Shown here one piece after another: positions 18,290 to 26,496 of a stretch of 64,000 nt of DNA. Origin of the DNA: an uncultured virus (IMG/VR IMGVR_UViG_3300037440_000410) (lineage: Duplodnaviria > Heunggongvirae > Uroviricota > Caudoviricetes); IMG/VR virus record IMGVR_UViG_3300037440_000410; one strand, 5' to 3'. Position 1 is the first letter of the stretch. The number at the start of each line of letters is the position of its first letter. The notes beneath the pieces are model-generated. The model searched no databases and had not been told where the DNA came from. It worked only from the letters and a program-made list of their open reading frames with translations. The position numbers and the translations under genes are program-made.

Positions 18290-19105
18290 TTGAAGATTGC
18301 AGTAACCGGTGGTGCCGGATTCTTCGGCCGCGCCACCATCGAAGCCGCAGAGAACGCAGGGCACGACGTGTGGGCGTTCGACCGCACCCAAGGCATGGAC
18401 ATCCTCGGCAGCCTGGACGCGCTCGCCGACGCCGACACCGTTATTCATCTCGCGGGCGTCCTCGGCACGTCCGAGCTGTTCGACATGGCGGAGACCGCTA
18501 TCCACGTCAACGTCATCGGCACGCTCCGCATCCTGGAGTGGTGCCGGGATCATGACGCCCGCTACGTCGGGGTGTCGATGCCGGACCCGTTCCCGTCGGT
18601 GTATACCGCGACGAAGGTCGCCGCGCGCAGGCTGACGACGGCATGGCATCACGCCTACGGCCTCCCCGTGTCGACGGTCCGGGCGTTCAACGGCTACGGC
18701 CCCCACCAGCACTACGGGCCCGGCCACCCGCAGAAAATCCTGCCCACGTTCGCCCGCGCCGCGTGGGAGGGCCGGCCGTTGCCCATCTGGGGTGATGGCG
18801 CCCAGACCATGGACCTCGTCCACGCGGACGATGTGGGGCAGATGCTTGTCGAGGCCACGGCGTTCGGGGATGACCAGACGTTCGACGCGGGCACCGGCGT
18901 GGCGGTGACCGTGAGCGAGCTGGCGGAGTTCGTGCTGAAGGAGACCGGGTCGAAGGCGGGTGTGGAGCATCTGCCGATGCGTGCGGGTGAGGTGCCGGTG
19001 CAGATCACCGCGAAGGGTGAGGGCTGGGACCGGCTCGACTGGAAGCCCGAATTCTCGTGGGATCGGGTTGCTGAGACGGTGAGGTGGTACCGCGATGCCC
19101 GCTGA
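18290..19105 (+). CDS. NAD-dependent sugar epimerase/dehydratase
   Basis: TGGAGFFG, IHLAG, YTATK, FNGYGP; TTG start after GAGGAG. Confidence 0.88.
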   Translation: MKIAVTGGAGFFGRATIEAAENAGHDVWAFDRTQGMDILGSLDALADADTVIHLAGVLGTSELFDMAETAIHVNVIGTLRILEWCRDHDARYVGVSMPDPFPSVYTATKVAARRLTTAWHHAYGLPVSTVRAFNGYGPHQHYGPGHPQKILPTFARAAWEGRPLPIWGDGAQTMDLVHADDVGQMLVEATAFGDDQTFDAGTGVAVTVSELAEFVLKETGSKAGVEHLPMRAGEVPVQITAKGEGWDRLDWKPEFSWDRVAETVRWYRDAR

Positions 19106-19379
19106 TCTACGCGAGCAGTATGCGGCTGCAGCCGAACGTTGCGGGTTCGATGTCTTCGATGCTGGCGAGGTTGCTGACGCTGTCCTCGCAATCCGGGACG
19201 TTGAACTTGAGCGGGCAACGCGGCAGGTAGCAGCGGTCAAGGCCGTGACGGGCTGGCTGATGGAGGTCACCCGCAGCCCGGAACCAGACCCGGTACGCCG
19301 TGATGGGACACGCCGCATCGTGCACATGGTGAACCTTGCGCTGGACGACCCCGACGCCACCTTGGAGTACTACCAATGA
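19095..19379 (+). CDS. Hypothetical protein
   Basis: Overlaps both neighbours; less biased codon usage. Confidence 0.5.
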   Translation: MPADLREQYAAAAERCGFDVFDAGEVADAVLAIRDVELERATRQVAAVKAVTGWLMEVTRSPEPDPVRRDGTRRIVHMVNLALDDPDATLEYYQ

Positions 19380-20035
19380 CCGCTGATATCGCGATCGTGA
19401 CCGCATGCTACGACGCCTACGACACAGTCAAGCCCGTCATGCCGCAGACCGGTGCGGATGTGGAGTGGATCCTCGTCACTGACACCGTGCCGGACGCCGA
19501 AGCTGCGCGCGGCTGGACGGTTGTGCACGAGCCGCGTCCGGATGTGCCGCCGAATCGTGCGGCGAAGGCGCCCAAGTTCGAGCCGTGGAAGTACACGGAC
19601 GCCCCCGCGAGCATCTGGATCGACGCATCGTTCCGGGTCGTCTCCCCGGACTTCGCAGCTGCGGCGATGGGGTACGCGAAGCCGATTGCGCAGTTCGTGC
19701 ATCCGTGGCGGGACTGCCTGTTCGCGGAGGCGGTGGAGATTGCTGCGCTCGGCATGGACCCGGAGGGTGTGGCGGGGTGGCAGACGGCCCGGTACCGGGA
19801 GGCGGGGCATCCGGTGGGTTGGGGGTTGTGGGCGTCGGGTGTGATCGTGCGGCGGCATACGGCGGCTGTTCGGCGGATGGGTGCGGCGTGGGCGCGGGAG
19901 GTGGCGGGCGGGTCGGCGCGGGATCAGGTGTCGCAGCCGCACGTCCTGCGGGAAGCCCGACTGCGGCCCGCTTCTCTGCCGGGGACGCATCTGGCGAACG
20001 CGTGGCTCAAGTACGAGGGAAGCGGACGGCACTGA
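19376..20035 (+). CDS. DUF616-like glycosyltransferase
   Basis: TACYDAYD, SIWIDAS, HPWRDC, RDQVS motifs. Confidence 0.75.
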   Translation: MTADIAIVTACYDAYDTVKPVMPQTGADVEWILVTDTVPDAEAARGWTVVHEPRPDVPPNRAAKAPKFEPWKYTDAPASIWIDASFRVVSPDFAAAAMGYAKPIAQFVHPWRDCLFAEAVEIAALGMDPEGVAGWQTARYREAGHPVGWGLWASGVIVRRHTAAVRRMGAAWAREVAGGSARDQVSQPHVLREARLRPASLPGTHLANAWLKYEGSGRH

Positions 20036-20313
20036 TGAGCGAGCAGACACCGAGCGTGGGCCGGATCGTCCACTATCAGAGCTACGGCACCCCGGGCGGC
20101 GAGTACACCTCCCAGTGCCGGGCCGCGATCGTCGCCGCCGTCTACAGCCTCGACAACCCACACCCGGACCTCGAGGTACACACCGAGGCCGAAGGCGCCG
20201 AGTGGGTGGCGCTCGCGGTGCTGAACCCGAGCGGCATGTTCTTCAACGACGCGTGCCACGACGAGCTGCGCAAGCAGGGCGGCACGTGGCATTGGCCGGA
20301 GCGTGTCGGATGA
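20035..20313 (+). CDS. Conserved small phage protein
   Basis: PSVGRIVHY...RAAIV...GTWHWPER. Confidence 0.7.
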   Translation: MSEQTPSVGRIVHYQSYGTPGGEYTSQCRAAIVAAVYSLDNPHPDLEVHTEAEGAEWVALAVLNPSGMFFNDACHDELRKQGGTWHWPERVG

Positions 20314-20747
20314 GACTGGAGATCGGCGGCGGGAAACTCCTGCCAGCAGGCTGGACCAACCTCGACCCCAACCACGGCACCGGCCAATGGCGGCGCCTCG
20401 CACAAGACACGCCATGGCACACCGGCGACCACACCGTCGAGGCCATGCGCGCCAGCCACGTCATGGAGCACATCCCCGCCGGTGACCCGCGCATCGCGGT
20501 ACTCAACGAAGCCCACCGCGTCCTCCGCCCGGGCGGCGTGTTCGAGATCCGCGTACCCAACTGCCTGTCCGGGACGTGGCACGCCTACGCCGACCCCACC
20601 CACGTCTCCTTCTGGTGCGTGGAGTCGTTCCACTACATCGACGGGACGAAAGCCGCCCACGCTGATTACGGGCTGCGGCCGTGGAAGACGCTGGAGCTCC
20701 GCATTCAGGGCGACAACGAGATCTTGTGGAAGGGGACGCCGCGGTGA
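20310..20747 (+). CDS. SAM-dependent methyltransferase (type 11-like)
   Basis: LEIGGG, ASHVMEH, EAHRVLRPGG, DPTH. Confidence 0.85.
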   Translation: MRLEIGGGKLLPAGWTNLDPNHGTGQWRRLAQDTPWHTGDHTVEAMRASHVMEHIPAGDPRIAVLNEAHRVLRPGGVFEIRVPNCLSGTWHAYADPTHVSFWCVESFHYIDGTKAAHADYGLRPWKTLELRIQGDNEILWKGTPR

Positions 20748-21331
20748 GCGAGCCGCTCGTCACGGTCGTCGTTCCGTACCACGCGGCCCGCGTGAAGAAC
20801 GGCATGCTCAAACGCGCCGTCGCGTCCGTCAACGCGCAGACCATCCCCCACCTGCTGATCACCGCCGAAGACACCGACAGGCAGGGCGCCGCCGCCACCC
20901 GGCAACGCGGCCTCGACCAAGTCGCCACCGAGTGGACTGCGTTCCTCGACTCCGACGACGAGATGGACCCCACCCACCTGGCGCAGCTCCTCGCCTGCGC
21001 CGAGACCACGGGTGCCGACTACGTGTACCCGTGGTTCCGCGTGAAGGGCGGGACGGACCCGTTCCCGATGTTCTTTGGGAAACCCTTCGACCCCGCCAGC
21101 CCGAACTCCACCACGATCACCATTCTCGTGCGCACCGAGCTGGCGCAGCAGGTCGGGTTCACCCGCGACCCGGCGACACAGGCGAGCGGTGAGGACTTCC
21201 TGTTCACGAAAGGCTGCGTCGCCGCCGGAGCACACATCGTGCACCTGCCCCGGCGTTCATGGACCTGGCATCACCATGGCGGAGGAAACACCAGCGGCCT
21301 CCCAACCCGCGGCGACGCCCGCCGCCGCTGA
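20744..21331 (+). CDS. Glycosyltransferase, GT2/GT-A
   Basis: VTVVVPY, AFLDSDD, GEDF. Confidence 0.85.
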   Translation: MSEPLVTVVVPYHAARVKNGMLKRAVASVNAQTIPHLLITAEDTDRQGAAATRQRGLDQVATEWTAFLDSDDEMDPTHLAQLLACAETTGADYVYPWFRVKGGTDPFPMFFGKPFDPASPNSTTITILVRTELAQQVGFTRDPATQASGEDFLFTKGCVAAGAHIVHLPRRSWTWHHHGGGNTSGLPTRGDARRR

Positions 21332-21373
21332 CCTCCGGAACCCATCGGCCGCTACACGCCCGACAATCCGGCC

Positions 21374-23761
21374 ATGACCACCGAGGACAGGGCCCACGTC
21401 GCACAGCGCGCAGCCGCCGCGCTCGACGCCCTCCTCACACCACGCTGGCAGCCACTCCCACACCAGAACCCACCCCCAGGCAACTGGTACGGCTGGCTCC
21501 TCCTCGCCGGCCGCGGCGCCGGCAAGACCGACGCCTGCGCCGAATACATCGCCCGCCACATCGCCGGACCACCCTGCCTCCCCGGCCCAGTACCCCACTG
21601 GGTCGGCATCATCGCCCCCACCCAAGGCGACGCCGTCACCGCCTGCGTCACCGGCCCCTCCGGCATCAAAGCCCACGACCCCACCGCCGTCGGCCCGATC
21701 ACCACGGTAGGCGGCACCGTCGTCCGCTGGCCCAACGGATCCCAAGCCAAGCTGTACGGCGCGAACAACCCGGAAGACGTCGAACGGCTCCGCGCCGGCG
21801 GCAACACCTGCGTGGCCTGGCTGGAGGAGTTCGCCGCGTGGCGGCACATGCAGGACGCCTTCGACCAACTCCGCTTCGGCCTCCGCTCCGGACCCCGGCC
21901 ACACTGGGTCGCCTCCACCACACCGAAGCCCAAGCCCCTACTGAAGCGGCTCATGCAAGGCGAGATCCCGAACGTCGTCACCACCACGGCGACGATGTAC
22001 GACAACCCGCATCTACCGCAGCACATCCGCGACATGCTCGAAGACGCCTACGCCGGAACCGACCTCGGCGAGCAGGAGCTGTACGGCCGGATCCTCGACG
22101 AGATCAAGAACGCGCTGTGGCGGCGCAACACGATCGCCGCCGGCCGGATCCGGTTGGAAGATCTGCCGGACATCATCCGCACCACCGTCGGCATCGACCC
22201 GTCGGGCGGCGCGGGCGAGCAGGGCATTGTGGTCACGGCGAAGTCCGGGCTGCTGCTCCCCGGAATCCTTCCCGGCCCGCGCGAGGACTTGGACGAGGCG
22301 ATCCCGGTGAGGCAGCCGCGCCCGCAGCATCACGGATTCGTCCTCGACGACCGCACCTGCCAACTGCCGCCGGAGGGCTGGGGTCAGCGCGCCGTGCAGG
22401 CGGCAATTGAGTGGGAAGCAGACGATTTGTGCGTAGAGGTCAACTACGGAGGGGACCAAGCGATTGCAGTGATCCGCACCGCGCTGGAGAAGGCCGGCGT
22501 GGACATCCCGGTGCGGAAGGTCCGGGCTACGCACGGGAAGGCGGTGCGGGCTCAGCCGGTTGCGGCACTGGCGGCACAGGGGCGCATGCATCACGCCGGA
22601 GTGTTCCCTGAGCTGGAGGATCAACTTTGCACCTGGTTCCCTGAGTTGGGCTGGTCACCGGACAGGCTGGATGCGTGCCTGGCCGCCGGGACGATGGTGA
22701 CCACGCGCAGGGGGCTCGTCCCGATCGAGCAGGTGACGACTACCGACCAGGCGTGGACGCGGGCCGGTTGGCGCCGCGTGACGGGGTCGGGGATGACGCG
22801 GCCGGACTCCGAAGTGATGCGCGTCGTCACGACACATGGGGAGTTCACGGCCACTTCGGACCACAAGGTATGGACCGAGCAAAATGGGTTCATTCGAGTG
22901 GACGCAATGGCGTGGGGCGATAGAATTAATGTATGCCCAAGCAGACTGAATCGGTTGTTTTCAACGGCGTCACGTTCACTCGCTTCCCTCTGTCGAAGTC
23001 TCGCTCGTCAAGGGTCTACTTCACGGCCTACGCCAACAGCCGCCGAATACCCGGAATGGGACAGCTCCACGTCGAGGTCTGGAAGGCCGCGAACGGCGTT
23101 GAAGAAGTTCCTCGAGGGAGCGTCATCCACCACGTGGACTTCAACCCGCTCAACAACGACCCCGGAAACCTCCGCTGCGTCACCCGCAAGGAACACGCGC
23201 AGATTCACGAGCAGCAGATGGACCGCGACAGCCCTGAGTGGCTGGAGCACCTGGCGAGCATCCGCCCCATGGCGGCCGAGTGGCACCGCACCGACGAAGG
23301 CCGGGAGTGGCACCGACAGCACGCCAAGGACATCTACGCCAAGCAGGAGTACCGGACCGAGGCGTGCGACGAGTGCGGGAAGCCGTACGAGACTCGCACT
23401 CTCGGAAAAACTCAGTACTGCTCTTCTGCGTGCAGCAGGCGAGTTGCTGACCGCGCCGGCAGATATACGAAGCACGCAGACTGTCCGATCTGCGGGCGGG
23501 GGTTCCGGCAGAGCAAGTACCAGCTTGTTCCGGAGACGTGTTCACCCTCATGTGGTGCGTACCTACGTGCTCGAAACAAGGCAGCCCGTGTACGACCTGA
23601 CGATCGAGAGTGAGCACGAGTTCTACGCGAACGGGATTCTCGTGCACAACTGCGTGTGGGGGCCGTGGCATATGAAGCTCGTTGGCACGACCTCGACTGG
23701 TCAGGGTTCGTTGGGTGGGGATCTGGCCCGGAAGCAGATCGTTGGGGGGCGGCTACGGTGA
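21374..23761 (+). CDS. terL: Terminase large subunit precursor containing an intein (about 470 aa after splicing)
   Basis: Walker A AGRGAGKT, Walker B WLEE, TTP coupling motif, nuclease GIDPS, EVNYGG and SPDRLDA. Confidence 0.93.
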   Translation: MTTEDRAHVAQRAAAALDALLTPRWQPLPHQNPPPGNWYGWLLLAGRGAGKTDACAEYIARHIAGPPCLPGPVPHWVGIIAPTQGDAVTACVTGPSGIKAHDPTAVGPITTVGGTVVRWPNGSQAKLYGANNPEDVERLRAGGNTCVAWLEEFAAWRHMQDAFDQLRFGLRSGPRPHWVASTTPKPKPLLKRLMQGEIPNVVTTTATMYDNPHLPQHIRDMLEDAYAGTDLGEQELYGRILDEIKNALWRRNTIAAGRIRLEDLPDIIRTTVGIDPSGGAGEQGIVVTAKSGLLLPGILPGPREDLDEAIPVRQPRPQHHGFVLDDRTCQLPPEGWGQRAVQAAIEWEADDLCVEVNYGGDQAIAVIRTALEKAGVDIPVRKVRATHGKAVRAQPVAALAAQGRMHHAGVFPELEDQLCTWFPELGWSPDRLDACLAAGTMVTTRRGLVPIEQVTTTDQAWTRAGWRRVTGSGMTRPDSEVMRVVTTHGEFTATSDHKVWTEQNGFIRVDAMAWGDRINVCPSRLNRLFSTASRSLASLCRSLARQGSTSRPTPTAAEYPEWDSSTSRSGRPRTALKKFLEGASSTTWTSTRSTTTPETSAASPARNTRRFTSSRWTATALSGWSTWRASAPWRPSGTAPTKAGSGTDSTPRTSTPSRSTGPRRATSAGSRTRLALSEKLSTALLRAAGELLTAPADIRSTQTVRSAGGGSGRASTSLFRRRVHPHVVRTYVLETRQPVYDLTIESEHEFYANGILVHNCVWGPWHMKLVGTTSTGQGSLGGDLARKQIVGGRLR
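22676..23650 (+). mobile_element. Intein (325 aa) in the terminase nuclease motif DRLDA|CVW
   Basis: Block A CLAAGTMV, block B TATSDHKVW, block F VYDLTI, block G ANGILVHN followed by +1 Cys. Confidence 0.93.
22933..23613 (+). CDS. HNH homing endonuclease with C-terminal Cys4 zinc modules, nested out of frame in the intein
   Basis: LHVEVW...IHHVDFNPLNNDPGNLRCVTRKEHAQIH; CDECG...YCSSAC and CPICG...TCSPSC; own ATG and TGA. Confidence 0.88.
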   Translation: MPKQTESVVFNGVTFTRFPLSKSRSSRVYFTAYANSRRIPGMGQLHVEVWKAANGVEEVPRGSVIHHVDFNPLNNDPGNLRCVTRKEHAQIHEQQMDRDSPEWLEHLASIRPMAAEWHRTDEGREWHRQHAKDIYAKQEYRTEACDECGKPYETRTLGKTQYCSSACSRRVADRAGRYTKHADCPICGRGFRQSKYQLVPETCSPSCGAYLRARNKAARVRPDDRE

Positions 23762-23766
23762 CGGGC

Positions 23767-24033
23767 ATGAGCATCTGGATCAGTGCCAGCGACGGCGACG
23801 AACGCGACCTCGTGGCGCTGTACAACGACGGCGACGCGGCGAACTACCGAGGCGAGGGCACCCCGCGCGTTCACATCGACGTCGCGGTCACCGGGTCCGG
23901 GTTCCATGATTTGACTCGGCTTGCCCTGTGGAGTGACCGCGAGCCCGCCGTTGACACGGATGTGCTGCTTACCCGCGAGGCTGTACGGAGGCTGCGGGAC
24001 CGGCTGACTCGGGTGCTTGGGGAGGCATTGTGA
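23767..24033 (+). CDS. Hypothetical protein
   Basis: Lies between terL and the next gene; GTGA coupling downstream. Confidence 0.55.
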   Translation: MSIWISASDGDERDLVALYNDGDAANYRGEGTPRVHIDVAVTGSGFHDLTRLALWSDREPAVDTDVLLTREAVRRLRDRLTRVLGEAL

Positions 24034-24467
24034 ACGCGTGGCTGTTGCTGATTGTGATGGCGCTCGCCGTGTACCGGCTGACGCGGTTGCTGGTGGAGGA
24101 CACGTTCCCGCCGGTGCTGTGGCTGCGTGACCGGCTCGTCGGCGGGTGGCGGCCGTTGACGGAGAAGGAGCAGGGGAAGTACGTCACCGACGTGGCTGCT
24201 GTGGTGGAGGGCCCGCTGGCCCGCCCGCATCCGAAACTCGGTGCGTTGATGCGTACTGACGGTCAGGTGAACCGGTATGTGCGGCGGGTCAAGTGGTCGC
24301 CGTTCTGGCTGGCTGAGTTGCTGTCGTGCCCGTTCTGCGCGTCGGGTTGGGTAGCCGTCGCAGTGACGGTGGGGGTGTGGGTGGTGGCTGGTCTGGCGAT
24401 GCCAGTGCTGGTGTGGTTCGCGGTGTGGGGCGTGGGCGGGTTGCTGGCTGCGCAGGAGTGGGCGTGA
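24030..24467 (+). CDS. DUF1360-like membrane protein
   Basis: YRLTRLLVED...ELLSCPFCASGW; TM segments. Confidence 0.7.
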   Translation: MNAWLLLIVMALAVYRLTRLLVEDTFPPVLWLRDRLVGGWRPLTEKEQGKYVTDVAAVVEGPLARPHPKLGALMRTDGQVNRYVRRVKWSPFWLAELLSCPFCASGWVAVAVTVGVWVVAGLAMPVLVWFAVWGVGGLLAAQEWA

Positions 24468-24717
24468 CGCCGGAACGCGGGATGCTTGCGGGCCCGTAGT
24501 GTTTGGGGTGTGGGAGCCGGGCCTTCGGGTTCCGGGGTGGTGGCGCACAAGGGGCCGTCCGCAGTGGGCATGCGGACGGCCCTCGCTGCTACTCGGGGTA
24601 CGGGAAGGGGGCGCCTCCGTAGAGACGGCCCCGCTAATCCGCTCCGCATTCACCCCGGAATGATCACCTAGATACGCCACCTACCCTCCCGTGCAGACCG
24701 CACCGAGGAGGAACCCC

Positions 24718-26496
24718 ATGGCCTGGTGGAGCGCCTTCACACGCCGAGGCGTACCCACACCCACGCCCACCCCCGCACCCGACCAACCCAACACCCTCAC
24801 CGCCGCCGCAGCCCCCGTCTCCAGCCCCCGCACCGGCCTCATCCGCAACACCGAAGGCTGGCAAGAAGAAGCCTGGGCCTACCACGACACACTCGGCGAA
24901 TTCCGGTACGCCACCGACTGGGAAGCCAAACGCCTCTCCCGCGTCCGCCTCTACGCCGCCAAACTCGAACCCGGCGCCGACGAACCCGTACGCGCCAAAG
25001 CCGGAATGGCCGTCGACCTCCTCACCGCGTTCGCCGGAGGCCCCGGCGGACAAGCCCAGATCATGGGCGGCCTCGCCACCCAACTCAGGGTCCCCGGCGA
25101 GGGCTACCTCATCGTCGAAAACGTCAGCGGCATCGAGCAGTGGTCGGTCCGCTCCATCGACGAAGTCCGTGCCGCGCGCGAGCGGTATGAGGTCATCGAC
25201 GAGAACAGTCCCCGGTCCGGCAACAACTGGCGCCCCCTCGCCCCCGACTCAATGGCGCCCATCCGGGTGTGGCGGCCGAACAAGCGCTGGCACCACCTCG
25301 CCGACAGCCCCACCCGCGCCGCCCGCGCCACCATGCGCGAGCTGGAGTTGGTCAACCGGCACATCGTTGCTCAGTACCTGTCGAGGCTTGCCTCTGCTGG
25401 CGTCGTGCTGATCCCGAGCGAGGTCAACTTCCCCGAGAAGGAGGAGTTCGCGGACGCGCCGGACCCGTTCGTCGCCGAATGGATCGAGATCGCGGCAGAG
25501 GCGATCCGAACCCCGGGCACGGCCAGCGCCGTAATCCCCATGCCGATCAAAGTTCCGTTCGAGTACGTCGACAAGATCAAGCACGTCGACTTCACCCTGA
25601 AGATCGACGAGAAGATCATCGAGAAGCGGGACTCGGCGATCAGGCGGCTCGCCTCCCAGCTCAACGTGCCTTCCGAAGTACTCCTCGGCATGGGCGATTT
25701 GAACCATTGGAACGCCTGGCTCAGCGACGAGACCTCCCTGAAAGTGGACGTCGCCCCAGACGCGGAACTCATCTGCCAGGCCATCACCACCGGCTACCTC
25801 CAGCCCCGCCTGAAAGCCAGCCACGTCGAAGACTGGGCGAACTGGGTCACCTGGTACGACATGTCAGAACTCACCCTCCGCCCCGACCGATCCGACGACG
25901 CCATCGCCCTGTACGACCGCCTGGAACTCAACGGCGCAGCCCTCCGCCGCGAAACCGGATTCAACGAAACAGACAAGCCGACCGACGAGGAACTCAAAGA
26001 GCAGGCCCTCAAGGTCATCATCCACACGCTGCCGTCCGGCGCTGGTAGCGCGCTCACCGAACTCATCGGCGAACAGGTCACCATCGCCGCGACCGCACCC
26101 ATCGCCCCCGGCGAACAACCCGAGCCGGAGCCCCCGCCAGAAGACCGCACACCACCCAACCCCGACACGACACGGGAAGCAGCAGCAGCAGCCCGATCGG
26201 ACCGGATGCGGCAGCAGGCACAAGCCCTGCACGCCCTGCGCTTCACAACGGGCCGCTCACCAGAGTTGATGCACCCCGCGCTGTGCACACAGCACGCCTA
26301 CTCCTGCCCGTTCACACACGCCGCGGTGAAGCTGGACGGCCTGCCACGGCCGGGGACGTCGGGCACGTATGAGGCGCGCCTCGACGCGTTCGGCCGGCTG
26401 TCGATCGGCAGGCTTTCCCCGCATCTGGATACGAGCGGGTTCCTGACCACTCTCTCTCCTCGGAGTAGTAATGGATTCGCTCGCAGCCGCGGCTGA
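24718..26496 (+). CDS. Portal protein
   Basis: Position after terL; WQEEAW, SRVRLYAA and NHWNAW motifs typical of actinophage portals; GAGGAGG RBS. Confidence 0.82.
   Translation: MAWWSAFTRRGVPTPTPTPAPDQPNTLTAAAAPVSSPRTGLIRNTEGWQEEAWAYHDTLGEFRYATDWEAKRLSRVRLYAAKLEPGADEPVRAKAGMAVDLLTAFAGGPGGQAQIMGGLATQLRVPGEGYLIVENVSGIEQWSVRSIDEVRAARERYEVIDENSPRSGNNWRPLAPDSMAPIRVWRPNKRWHHLADSPTRAARATMRELELVNRHIVAQYLSRLASAGVVLIPSEVNFPEKEEFADAPDPFVAEWIEIAAEAIRTPGTASAVIPMPIKVPFEYVDKIKHVDFTLKIDEKIIEKRDSAIRRLASQLNVPSEVLLGMGDLNHWNAWLSDETSLKVDVAPDAELICQAITTGYLQPRLKASHVEDWANWVTWYDMSELTLRPDRSDDAIALYDRLELNGAALRRETGFNETDKPTDEELKEQALKVIIHTLPSGAGSALTELIGEQVTIAATAPIAPGEQPEPEPPPEDRTPPNPDTTREAAAAARSDRMRQQAQALHALRFTTGRSPELMHPALCTQHAYSCPFTHAAVKLDGLPRPGTSGTYEARLDAFGRLSIGRLSPHLDTSGFLTTLSPRSSNGFARSRG

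Noticed and set aside
22933..23613. Out-of-frame HNH explained as a sequencing frameshift
   Set aside because: It would need two compensating errors; both frames are open over the whole overlap and the HNH has its own start, stop and candidate promoter. Read-level confirmation is still advisable
24470..24650. Structured ncRNA between the DUF1360-like gene and portal
   Set aside because: GC hairpins are present (for example GGGCCGTCCGCA/TGCGGACGGCCC) but are adequately explained as terminators; no RNA family features recognised
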